From IMG/VR virus record IMGVR_UViG_3300028327_000814: a DNA stretch of 24,658 bases; one strand, 5' to 3'. This DNA is from a virus. Shown in pieces: positions 1 to 7,434 of the stretch. How positions within the stretch are numbered: the stretch's first letter is position 1; each line of letters opens with the position of its first letter. Below the pieces are notes generated by a model. The model saw only the letters and a program-made list of their open reading frames with translations. It did not search any database and had not been told where the DNA came from. The position numbers and the translations under genes were made by a program.

Positions 1-243
1 ATGAAATTCTACCACCTGTTAGCTGAAATCTATGAAGGGCGTTATTCCGGCACGAAACAGGTTGTTATTGGCAAGGAGCGCAAGGAAAAACCGAAAAGCT
101 GGTACGTTGAAAAGCCCGGTTTTACCGCGTTCAATATTTGGTTTGACAACGAAGCCGAAGCCAACGAGTTATGCGAAGCAATATGGACTGGCGACATGGG
201 AATTCACACCCTGCTGAGTATGTTTAAAGCGAGGGCGGCATGA
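1..243 (+). CDS. Hypothetical phage protein, possibly 5'-truncated by the window edge
   Basis: 80-aa ORF whose stop overlaps the next start (ATGA at 240-243). Confidence 0.6.
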   Translation: MKFYHLLAEIYEGRYSGTKQVVIGKERKEKPKSWYVEKPGFTAFNIWFDNEAEANELCEAIWTGDMGIHTLLSMFKARAA

Positions 244-671
244 GGGAACACTTATACAGGGGAAAACGAAAAGACAGCGGAAAGTTGGTATATGGCGATT
301 TATATCATCATGAATCGGGCGCAATTATTATCACATCACGCGGGACTAATTATGAGGTTATCCCTGAAACCGTGGGGCAGTTTACCGGCTTGACGAACAA
401 AGAAGGTAAAAAAGTTTTTGAAGGCGACATTCTAAAATCCCTTCATTTCATTTCCGGTAAAAAGAAACGCTATTTATACCACATCGTCAAATGGTCAAAA
501 AAATTGACGGGCTGGCAATGTATAAATACTGGCAACGTAAAAGAGGGAACGCTGGACAGTACCGCAGAAGGAAATCCTCAATTATGGGTTTACGCGAAAG
601 CGGAATTTGAAGTGGTGGGAAACATACACGATAACCCCGAATTGCTGGAGGGTGTGAATAGAAAGTTTTAG
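240..671 (+). CDS. YopX family phage protein
   Basis: Typical YopX motifs: MREHLYRGKR, VYGDL, PETVGQFTGL..KEGKKVFEGDIL, FEVVGNIHDNPELLE. Confidence 0.9.
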   Translation: MREHLYRGKRKDSGKLVYGDLYHHESGAIIITSRGTNYEVIPETVGQFTGLTNKEGKKVFEGDILKSLHFISGKKKRYLYHIVKWSKKLTGWQCINTGNVKEGTLDSTAEGNPQLWVYAKAEFEVVGNIHDNPELLEGVNRKF

Positions 672-809
672 GCGAGTTGTAAGACAATTTTATTGTTTAT
701 TTATGGAGCTAGTTTCGGCGGCACATTGAAAACAATAAATACATGGCAATTAAAGAAAATTTCCATTTGTATAAATGGATTGGATACTATTGTCAAAAAG
801 GTTTAATAA

Positions 810-1250
810 ATGGAATTAAATGTTAATAATAATATTATTCTCATAGATGAAGATGATTATAATTTATTAGGAAAAAAACATATACATATAGTAAAATCAA
901 GAAAAAATATATACGCCATATACAAAAGTGATTTTCTTCATAGGGTTATTATGAACGCCCCAAAGGGAATGGAAGTAGACCACAAAAACGGCAATACCCT
1001 AGACAACCGAAAATGCAATTTAAGGATATGTACGAGCTCTCAAAATAGCATGAATAAACATACTCAAAAAAATAATACAACTGGATATAAAGGAGTTTCG
1101 TACATTAAAAGAAGAAGAGTATTTGAAACAAGGATAAAAGCGGGGAAACAAAAAATATGGCTAGGGTATTACAAAACAGCGCAAGAAGCATACGCGGTTT
1201 ATTGTGAAGCTGTTAAAAAATATCATGGGGAATTTGGAAGTTTTAAATAG
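810..1250 (+). CDS. HNH endonuclease with C-terminal AP2-like DNA-binding domain
   Basis: LHRVIM..EVDHKNGNTLDNRKCNLR is an HNH motif. NNTTGYKGVS...WLGYYKTAQEAYAVY is AP2-like. The region is visibly AT-rich. Confidence 0.9.
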   Translation: MELNVNNNIILIDEDDYNLLGKKHIHIVKSRKNIYAIYKSDFLHRVIMNAPKGMEVDHKNGNTLDNRKCNLRICTSSQNSMNKHTQKNNTTGYKGVSYIKRRRVFETRIKAGKQKIWLGYYKTAQEAYAVYCEAVKKYHGEFGSFK

Positions 1251-1272
1251 TTGTCTAAAATAGGAGGGGAAA

Positions 1273-1398
1273 ATGAAAGGGTTTATTTACAGGCTGGGCG
1301 TGTCAATTAAAGACGCGGGGGAAAATTCAAAGAGCGGATTTGTTATCAGGCTTGGACTCGCGATCAGGAATTTTGCCGCAAGCATAGGTAGGAAATGA
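1273..1398 (+). CDS. Small hypothetical protein (41 aa, MKGFIYRLGVSIKDAGE...)
   Basis: Read by hand: AGGAGGGG RBS before the ATG, and it fills the gap to the next gene. Confidence 0.6.
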   Translation: MKGFIYRLGVSIKDAGENSKSGFVIRLGLAIRNFAASIGRK

Positions 1399-1399
1399 A

Positions 1400-1768
1400 A
1401 TGGACGAAATTGATGAAGAATTTTATTGCTCTCTTGAAAAGTGCAAGTTGCCAAAAATCATAGAAGGTAATTGCTTTGCGTTAATATCCCCTGATAGAAA
1501 AGAACGCATATGCTCAAACGCACACCGAAAACACCCCACGCCTGAACAGTTTAAGGAAGAGTACGGCGATGAATGGAAAGGCGCGGTCTATTCCAAATGC
1601 GGCATTTCCAATTGCACTGAAAATTGCAACAACGTATGGATACTTTATCCGGACGAAAAAGAGGCACTTGTTGATATATGCGTTATAGGAGCGGAAGAGG
1701 CTGACCCGATATTCGTCTGCGCCTGTACCCCCTTCGGCAAGCCTGACGGTAATTGGAGACCTGAATAA
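1400..1768 (+). CDS. Cys-rich hypothetical protein (PTPEQFKE...WRPE family)
   Basis: Coupled ORF that shares motifs with 17761..18150. Confidence 0.7.
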   Translation: MDEIDEEFYCSLEKCKLPKIIEGNCFALISPDRKERICSNAHRKHPTPEQFKEEYGDEWKGAVYSKCGISNCTENCNNVWILYPDEKEALVDICVIGAEEADPIFVCACTPFGKPDGNWRPE

Positions 1769-2199
1769 TGGGCAGATTTTACAAAATAAAAAAATCAAGC
1801 AATCCCAAAAAAGAAACCGCGTGGAGATGGTTTTCAAAATACATAAGACTTCGGGACGCCATCAAAACTACGGGTGATCAATTTTATTGCAGATGTATCA
1901 CCTGCGGCCAAGTTAAACCTATGGGCGAGATACACGCCGGGCATGGGATACCGGGAAGGATGAATTCAATCCTGTTTAACGAAGAGCTTGTAAACGGGCA
2001 GTGCAAGACCTGTAATTGTGATGGAAAAGGCCAGACGGAGATGTATAAAAAAGTTTTGATAGATATGTACGGTCAGGAAAAATGGGACTACTGGCAGTCC
2101 ACTAAAAACGATCCGGTTAAATACACGCAGTTTGACTATGAGCAGATAGCTAAAACTTACAGGCAAAAATATGAAAAGTTAAATGGAAAAATATTATAA
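1768..2199 (+). CDS. ninG: NinG/Rap-like recombination endonuclease
   Basis: AWRWFSKYIRLRD, CRCITCG, HAGH, FNEELVNGQCKTCN match NinG family motifs. Confidence 0.85.
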   Translation: MGRFYKIKKSSNPKKETAWRWFSKYIRLRDAIKTTGDQFYCRCITCGQVKPMGEIHAGHGIPGRMNSILFNEELVNGQCKTCNCDGKGQTEMYKKVLIDMYGQEKWDYWQSTKNDPVKYTQFDYEQIAKTYRQKYEKLNGKIL

Positions 2200-2353
2200 T
2201 CGAGGCATTTATTTTGATACCTCCACAAAAGGCGCGAAAGGCAAGCGACACAACGTCTACCGCGCCGACATAACGGTAAACGGAATACGCCGCCGAAAGC
2301 GGAGCCATGACAGGCGCGAACTGGAAATATGGCTTGAGGGGTTAAAAGGATAA
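2183..2353 (+). CDS. Small basic protein (56 aa), AP2/arm-binding-like DNA-binding minidomain
   Basis: Hand translation MEKYYNRGIYFDTSTKGAKGKRHNVYRADITVNGIRRRKRSHDRRELEIWLEGLKG; its TAA abuts the next ATG. Confidence 0.55.
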   Translation: MEKYYNRGIYFDTSTKGAKGKRHNVYRADITVNGIRRRKRSHDRRELEIWLEGLKG

Positions 2354-2632
2354 ATGGGCGCGATATTGGCGGTAGGGCAACACGAAGAAATAACCGCGAA
2401 GGAAAAGACAAAGATATGTAATTGCTGGTTTTCTAAAGGCGAAGAACCAGTTAAAAGGGGTGATTGTAAAAGCGAGGGTTGTTTTCTTGACAGGGAAGAA
2501 AGATGGAGAAAAATGTCCACCGAAGAACAAAAAGCGGACGATGACAGGCGCGGCAAATACGCGAAAGAAGTAGTTAAAGCCATAAAAGAAACACTGGGGA
2601 TACTTGAAAAATTTAAGGCGGCGTTAGTATGA
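2354..2632 (+). CDS. Hypothetical protein
   Basis: ORF coupled to the next gene by ATGA. Confidence 0.65.
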   Translation: MGAILAVGQHEEITAKEKTKICNCWFSKGEEPVKRGDCKSEGCFLDREERWRKMSTEEQKADDDRRGKYAKEVVKAIKETLGILEKFKAALV

Positions 2633-2844
2633 CGACAAGGGAGCTTAAATTATTGTTCGGCGAAAACTTGAAAAAATACCGCGAAAAGAAAGGCTGGAGT
2701 CAGACGAAACTGGCGGTGGAAACTGGCGTTGACGCTAGGTCGATAGCCAGATACGAAAACGGGGAACGCCATCCATATATCACAGTAATGGTTCTGTTAG
2801 CTGACATTTTAGGCGTGGAGGCGTGGAATTTTTATTGTCCATAA
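2629..2844 (+). CDS. XRE family HTH transcriptional regulator
   Basis: FGENLKKYREKKGWSQTKLA...SIARYENGERHP. Confidence 0.9.
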   Translation: MTTRELKLLFGENLKKYREKKGWSQTKLAVETGVDARSIARYENGERHPYITVMVLLADILGVEAWNFYCP

Positions 2845-2866
2845 GAATTAAAAGCAAATATGAAAC

Positions 2867-2936
2867 GGGGGCGTGCGCCGAATTGGCAAGGCGTGGAACT
2901 GATCAGCCATTGCGGGTTCAAGTCCCGCCGCTTCCA
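2867..2936 (+). tRNA. tRNA-like RNA with a shortened, irregular anticodon arm; no reliable isotype
   Basis: Acceptor GGGGGCG/CGCTTCC plus A73, D arm CGCC-GAATTGGCAA-GGCG, T arm GCGGG-TTCAAGT-CCCGC. Only 18 nt lie between the D and T arms, and no CCA is encoded after the discriminator. Confidence 0.7.
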
Positions 2937-3052
2937 TTCCTTCATTAAAGCTGGTTGTCAACCAGCGGGGGAAACACGTTTATAAAAGGGCGTGTAGCGT
3001 TGTTTTTTTCGGGTCAACTTCGGCTGACTGTCGCCGGAGAAGGGAGGGGGTT

Positions 3053-3310
3053 ATGAGGACTTGCGTATCAGCGTCAATGAGCGAGGCGGTGAGGGATTTA
3101 ATCGGCATGTACCCAATGGGTTACGAATTCGGCTTGTGGGACTTAAAGAATGACGTGTTAAGGATGTACCCGCCGTCAAGATATAACCACGCCGACACGG
3201 TTTCTAGGCGGTTAAGGGAAAACCGCCACGGGAAAGATTTTGACATCATCTGCATCAACCCCAACAAGAGCAGGTATAAAAAAGTGGAAAGAAAAAGAAG
3301 AGGCGCGTAA
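3053..3310 (+). CDS. Hypothetical protein, possibly winged-helix
   Basis: Strong GGGAGGGGG RBS; DTVSRRLRENR helix. Confidence 0.65.
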   Translation: MRTCVSASMSEAVRDLIGMYPMGYEFGLWDLKNDVLRMYPPSRYNHADTVSRRLRENRHGKDFDIICINPNKSRYKKVERKRRGA

Positions 3311-3472
3311 ATGAAAATCAAACTGATGTTTAATGACGGCGAAAAGAAAAAATATAACGCCAAAAAGTTATACAGCGTTACTATTAATAAAAACGGCATA
3401 TATGTAAATACGCGGGAAAACACGACCTGCGTATACCCCGCGGATAAGGTAAAAAAGATAAAAATAAAATGA
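3311..3472 (+). CDS. Small basic hypothetical protein (53 aa, MKIKLMFNDG...)
   Basis: Hand-read ORF abutting the upstream stop and overlapping the downstream start (ATGA). Confidence 0.55.
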   Translation: MKIKLMFNDGEKKKYNAKKLYSVTINKNGIYVNTRENTTCVYPADKVKKIKIK

Positions 3473-3762
3473 CGGTACAGGAATTTAAATTTTTATTTGG
3501 CCATAACTTAAAATATTTCCGTGTAAAAAAAGGCTGGACACAATTAAGGCTTGCCATAGAAATAGGCATTGAAAGAAGCGTTATCTCTGGTTATGAGACG
3601 GGGCGAGCAATACCGCTGATAAGCACATTATTGATAATAGCGATGATACTAAAAGTAGAGCCTTGGGAATTTTTTTTTAAGAGAGACGAACAATGTTATA
3701 TAAATGTTTTTGGAAAAAAACAAACCTATTATTATAAAAAAAGAGTAGGTAAGTTCATATAA
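3469..3762 (+). CDS. XRE family HTH regulator, paralog of 2629..2844
   Basis: FGHNLKYFRVKKGWTQLRLA...VISGYETGRAIP. Confidence 0.9.
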   Translation: MTVQEFKFLFGHNLKYFRVKKGWTQLRLAIEIGIERSVISGYETGRAIPLISTLLIIAMILKVEPWEFFFKRDEQCYINVFGKKQTYYYKKRVGKFI

Positions 3763-3779
3763 AATAAAGAAGAAAATAA

Positions 3780-4172
3780 ATGAAATTCTTTTCCGTAGAA
3801 TACAGGCGCAAGTTAAGCGAAGCCGCGAAAAGGAGGAAGACCAACGGCATGGCCGGAAAATTTCACACGCCGGAAACAAGGCTTAAAATGAGCCGCTCCC
3901 AATCCGGCAGAAAAGTGAGCGAAGAGACCAAAAGAAGGATAAGCGAAACGAAAAGGAAGAAGCAGATGAAGCCGCCAAAAACGCCCAAAGCAAATTTGCC
4001 GATGCCCGTAAAAACGCAAAAGGCAAAAACAGACGATATGTGGACGGAGGCTAACGAGGAATTAGACATACCCCGCGAGTTAAAGAAAGATAAGGTTGAA
4101 TTCAACAAGCCTAAGAACGGCAAAAAGCCGCTGATAAGGTTTCCCGTACAAGGGATATTAAGGTGTGTGTAG
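3780..4172 (+). CDS. NUMOD3 motif DNA-binding protein
   Basis: GKFHTPETRLKMS and GRKVSEETKRRISE repeats; no nuclease domain is visible. Confidence 0.75.
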   Translation: MKFFSVEYRRKLSEAAKRRKTNGMAGKFHTPETRLKMSRSQSGRKVSEETKRRISETKRKKQMKPPKTPKANLPMPVKTQKAKTDDMWTEANEELDIPRELKKDKVEFNKPKNGKKPLIRFPVQGILRCV

Positions 4173-4173
4173 G

Positions 4174-4202
4174 TTGAAAAACATCAAAAAGTCAATTAAA
4201 CT
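4174..4202 (+). promoter_or_regulatory. Putative sigma70 promoter giving a leaderless repressor mRNA
   Basis: TTGAAA-17 nt-TAAACT, with 7 nt between the -10 and the ATG at 4210. Confidence 0.5.
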
Positions 4203-4209
4203 GGTAGGC

Positions 4210-4476
4210 ATGGACAAGGACAGCCATATCACAAAACTGTTAAAATCCGCCTATGAAAAAAGCGGCAAGACACACGCTGATATTTGCAAAGAGGTAAATT
4301 TAACGCAGTCTTATATATCGAGGCTTTTAAACGGCGGTCAATCCATATCCTTAGCCAAGTTAATTAAAATCGGCAAGGCGATAGACCTAGACGCAAAACA
4401 AATAACAACCGCATGGAAGAAAGATAAAATAGAAGAAATTGACGCAGAAATAGCCAAATTCATCAAAACTACTTAA
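4210..4476 (+). CDS. XRE family HTH protein, candidate phage repressor (track start 4165; ATG 4210 preferred)
   Basis: SGKTHADICKEVNLTQSYISRLLNG HTH, lying just upstream of an operator-covered promoter. Confidence 0.8.
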   Translation: MDKDSHITKLLKSAYEKSGKTHADICKEVNLTQSYISRLLNGGQSISLAKLIKIGKAIDLDAKQITTAWKKDKIEEIDAEIAKFIKTT

Positions 4477-4537
4477 CGCCTATTAAGTAAAACCGCAAAA
4501 AATCTTTAAAAAAAGTGAAAATATTTTTTAAAAACTA

Positions 4538-4566
4538 TTGACAATTATTACTATTAATAGTAATAT
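4538..4566 (+). promoter_or_regulatory. Sigma70 early promoter overlapped by a 20-bp palindromic operator
   Basis: TTGACA(4538)-17 nt-TAATAT(4561); perfect palindrome TATTACTATTAATAGTAATA at 4546-4565; AAGGAG RBS downstream. Confidence 0.8.
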
Positions 4567-4589
4567 TAGTAATATAAGGAGATTAAGAA

Positions 4590-4739
4590 ATGGAAAAGAA
4601 AGACCTGATTAACTTAATAAAGATGAACGAGAAAGACGGAAACGCCTTAGAGGTATATTTTAAGGCGGCTGAAATCGGCGGAGCCACTAAAGAACAAGCT
4701 CTTGAGGCGTGGTACGAATACTGCGGAATGGCTGAATAA
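4590..4739 (+). CDS. Small early protein (49 aa, MEKKDLINLIKM...)
   Basis: AAGGAG RBS; first ORF after the promoter. Confidence 0.65.
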   Translation: MEKKDLINLIKMNEKDGNALEVYFKAAEIGGATKEQALEAWYEYCGMAE

Positions 4740-4751
4740 GGAAGGCAGGAA

Positions 4752-4904
4752 ATGATGATATTAAACAGAAGGTGCAAAACCGCCAGAGACAAGGCGATTA
4801 TGCAAAAAAAGAAAATGGCTTATTACAAGAGTCAAGAGTCATTCCATAAGATGATAGAGGAACAGAATAAGCCGTTAGCAGAAAACAACGGAGGCAGAAA
4901 ATGA
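4752..4904 (+). CDS. Small early protein (50 aa, MMILNRRCKTARDK...)
   Basis: Hand-read ORF with an ATGA overlap into the next gene. Confidence 0.55.
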   Translation: MMILNRRCKTARDKAIMQKKKMAYYKSQESFHKMIEEQNKPLAENNGGRK

Positions 4905-5122
4905 AAAAGACAATGTATCACGGAGTATGCGTAATAAGCGAATTCAGTACAGGCAAAATTATCGGCTTGGCTTGCACTATCAGAATAAAGAAAACATTGC
5001 CAAAACCTACCAGCCGTATAATCGGAAATTCCATGAGTACGACATACTATTTTAACACGATAATCGAAGCGCAAAATTTCTACAATGAAACATGGAAAAA
5101 GATTGAAAAGAAGGCGGCGTAA
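4901..5122 (+). CDS. Hypothetical protein
   Basis: GGAGG RBS; coupled ORF. Confidence 0.65.
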   Translation: MKKTMYHGVCVISEFSTGKIIGLACTIRIKKTLPKPTSRIIGNSMSTTYYFNTIIEAQNFYNETWKKIEKKAA

Positions 5123-5123
5123 C

Positions 5124-5336
5124 ATGGAAAAAATAGAACAAATAAAAGCGTTAAAATCCGGCGACGTTATCGAAATAAAAACCGCTTATGACGGAATGGC
5201 GAAAATCAAAATTGAAAAGGTAACGAAGAAAATGGTTTATTACCGCTGGATACAGTTATGGCAGGAAGACGGCGTATCCGGCTATGTGATGAAAAACAGC
5301 CATGAATATATAGCCCAATATTACAAGGCGGCGTAA
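5124..5336 (+). CDS. Hypothetical protein (MEKIEQIK...)
   Basis: The ATG lies within the junction repeat and is in frame with track ORF 5085..5336. Confidence 0.65.
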   Translation: MEKIEQIKALKSGDVIEIKTAYDGMAKIKIEKVTKKMVYYRWIQLWQEDGVSGYVMKNSHEYIAQYYKAA

Positions 5337-5338
5337 CC

Positions 5339-5599
5339 ATGACAAGGAAAGAAGCGGAAGAACAAGAACATATCCTTGAAAGGATAAATAAAGCAGCAGA
5401 CATAACGTTTGACAAGGGTGATCTCTTAATTTGTTTTAGCGCAACCGGCGAAAGAATTAACTTCCTGTTCAAGGGTGACGTAAGAAAAATTAATCCTAGT
5501 GTGTATGCGGCTGCTAAGGCGTTTACGGTGCTCACCAGAGAACTCGTGGGTATTGACACCGCAATGACGTTTATTCCAAGTGATTCTTGGGTTTATTAA
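5339..5599 (+). CDS. Hypothetical protein
   Basis: ORF between junction repeats. Confidence 0.65.
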   Translation: MTRKEAEEQEHILERINKAADITFDKGDLLICFSATGERINFLFKGDVRKINPSVYAAAKAFTVLTRELVGIDTAMTFIPSDSWVY

Positions 5600-5611
5600 G
5601 GCGGCGTAACC

Positions 5612-5755
5612 ATGATTGATTTAACGCCGTTAATAGAATTTATGGAAAGGCAAAATAAGTTTTTTAACGATCTGTCTTTAATGATAGAAGAACAAAACAA
5701 GTCTTTAAGCGAGGTAAGCGAAAGGCTTGATAAAATTATTGAGGCGCAAAAATGA
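5612..5755 (+). CDS. Small coiled-coil protein (47 aa, MIDLTPLIEFMERQ...)
   Basis: Starts in the third junction repeat; ATGA overlap with the next gene. Confidence 0.6.
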   Translation: MIDLTPLIEFMERQNKFFNDLSLMIEEQNKSLSEVSERLDKIIEAQK

Positions 5756-6159
5756 CAATCGGATACGTGGTACGCAAGGGCACAACATACCTATGTACGC
5801 CTTGCCCTTATAAAGGCGAAGACAAATTCGGCATTATAACAAAAGTTGGTTCAGCGGCTTGTAGAGCGTGTGAATGTAACAAAGGTGTTGATAAAGAAAA
5901 ACAGGAAGTTGAATGTGCCTATAAACACAAAACGGAGGTAAAAAAAATGACAATGAATATAACAGGCGACGCAGGTATAGACGCTATCTTAAGCAGGACG
6001 CTAAACTCTCCAGCGGCAAAACTGAAAGAAGCATGGAAAAAAGATAAAAACACCATCTTGAGGTTTCTTGACGGCAACAAGGATATTCCTACTGCTGTTG
6101 TTGACGCTCTTTTAATGAGGGTAAACACCCTATCGGATTATATAGAAGAACTGGAATAA
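5752..6159 (+). CDS. Hypothetical protein with Cys-rich N-terminus, possibly two fused genes
   Basis: Internal GGAGG (5934) and in-frame ATG (5947). Confidence 0.6.
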   Translation: MTIGYVVRKGTTYLCTPCPYKGEDKFGIITKVGSAACRACECNKGVDKEKQEVECAYKHKTEVKKMTMNITGDAGIDAILSRTLNSPAAKLKEAWKKDKNTILRFLDGNKDIPTAVVDALLMRVNTLSDYIEELE

Positions 6160-6169
6160 GGAGATTAAT

Positions 6170-6379
6170 ATGTGCGGAATAAAAATGACCGAGTATACCT
6201 TTGAGGTAAGGCAGACCGTAAAAGTAACGGTATCAGGAAACGACACGGACGAAAACTACGAGAAAGCGGAAAACGAAGCTATTAGGCAAATTAAACATGA
6301 CATAGACAATGACTGGCTTGAATTAAGGGAAGTAACCGAATACAAGGATTTTGAGAATGAATATAAGGAGGCGGTATGA
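6170..6379 (+). CDS. Acidic hypothetical protein
   Basis: AGGAG RBS; coupled to the next gene. Confidence 0.65.
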   Translation: MCGIKMTEYTFEVRQTVKVTVSGNDTDENYEKAENEAIRQIKHDIDNDWLELREVTEYKDFENEYKEAV

Positions 6380-6609
6380 AAAATGGTGGGGCGGTATTTC
6401 CTACTCAAATAATTTCGCATTATCAGGACACTAAAGAAGGTGCAGAGCCTGTCTATGTAACTAATGGCGGCATGACATTGAGGGATTATTTTGCAGGGCA
6501 AGCGTTGGCGGGGCTTGCGTCGTTAGTGCCGCCTTGTACGGAATCTAGCGCACATTATGCCTATGAATATGCCGACGCTATGCTTGCGGAAAGGGAGAAA
6601 GAACAATGA
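6376..6609 (+). CDS. Conserved phage protein of the GMTLRDYFA family
   Basis: GGAVFP...GMTLRDYFAGQALAGL...AYEYADAMLAERE. Confidence 0.8.
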   Translation: MKNGGAVFPTQIISHYQDTKEGAEPVYVTNGGMTLRDYFAGQALAGLASLVPPCTESSAHYAYEYADAMLAEREKEQ

Positions 6610-6803
6610 GCAAACAAGCCATAAAAGATTTATTAAAGCCGCCGTTTACGATTATTGTAGGCGGTGAAGGTACGGCTTTACCTAGTGCTAATATATGCGA
6701 CGCAAAATATGACGTTATTTGCACGCTAAGCCCCGCTTTTTACGACGCTAAAGATTTTATTTTAGCCGCCATGAACAAAAAATGGGAGAAAGAAAATGCC
6801 TGA
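6606..6803 (+). CDS. Hypothetical protein, paralogous to the N-terminus of 17283..17639
   Basis: IKDLLKPPF...DFILAAMNKKWEK. Confidence 0.65.
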   Translation: MSKQAIKDLLKPPFTIIVGGEGTALPSANICDAKYDVICTLSPAFYDAKDFILAAMNKKWEKENA

Positions 6804-7434
6804 AAAAAGACTGACAGCCTATGAACTAGGTCAGGAATGGTCTGCCCTAGTCTCCCTTATCAGCGATCTTACCGATCCAGAAACTGGAGAGACAAGGGAA
6901 CTGACCGAAGCCGAGAAAGCCTACTTATCCGAGCAGATTGACAAAATAGGTAGTGATATAAAAGTAAAGATTAACGGCATTTGCAAAGTCTTTAAGAATA
7001 TCAAAATGGAAGCCGAGATCGCCGAAGCGGAAAAAAACGCCTTAAAAGGCGAACTTGACAGATTATCAAAAAGGGCTAAGGCGAGGGAAAATGAGGCGGA
7101 CAGGGTTAAATTATTAGCCTGTTTGTTACTCGACAAAATAAAAGAAAAGAAAATGAAAACCGAACTATTCACCCTTTACTACATGAACACCCAAAAAAGC
7201 GTTAAAGAATCAGAGGGCTTTTTCAACCCCGACAAAATACCCGTCGAATTCTTAAAAAGAGAAATTGACAAGACGGCGATAAAAAAAGCGGTTGACGAAG
7301 GGCGGCTTTACGAGAAAGACGAAAAGGAATTTCCTTTAAGCAGGGGGAAACTTTATTACATGAACGACAGCGGCGCGGAAAGAGAGCTTGAGGGGGTGTC
7401 CTATCTTGGGTCGGAAACTTTAATAATCCGCTAA
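6796..7434 (+). CDS. Siphovirus Gp157 family protein
   Basis: LTAYEL start, long coiled coil, KMKTELFTL, IPVEFLK..IDKTAIKKA, ETLIIR end. Confidence 0.8.
   Translation: MPEKRLTAYELGQEWSALVSLISDLTDPETGETRELTEAEKAYLSEQIDKIGSDIKVKINGICKVFKNIKMEAEIAEAEKNALKGELDRLSKRAKARENEADRVKLLACLLLDKIKEKKMKTELFTLYYMNTQKSVKESEGFFNPDKIPVEFLKREIDKTAIKKAVDEGRLYEKDEKEFPLSRGKLYYMNDSGAERELEGVSYLGSETLIIR

Larger units (their letters stand above)
5111..5614 (+). repeat. Three direct repeats AAGGCGGCGTAAC(C)ATG at consecutive gene junctions
   Basis: Copies at 5111-5126, 5325-5341 and 5598-5614. Confidence 0.85.

Noticed and set aside
2230-2280. Possible minus-strand GGY-NN periodic tract
   Set aside because: Only two in-phase GGY units, inside a plausible + strand ORF (2183..2353).
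2894-2911. Calling the tRNA-like RNA tRNA-Ile(GAT)
   Set aside because: CT-GAT-CA is present, but the flanking stem does not form 5 bp, position 37 is not a purine, and there is no room for a variable loop.
5111-5614. Junction repeats as CRISPR repeats or integron attC sites
   Set aside because: The intervals are 200-270 bp whole genes, the repeats are not palindromic, and no integrase is present.
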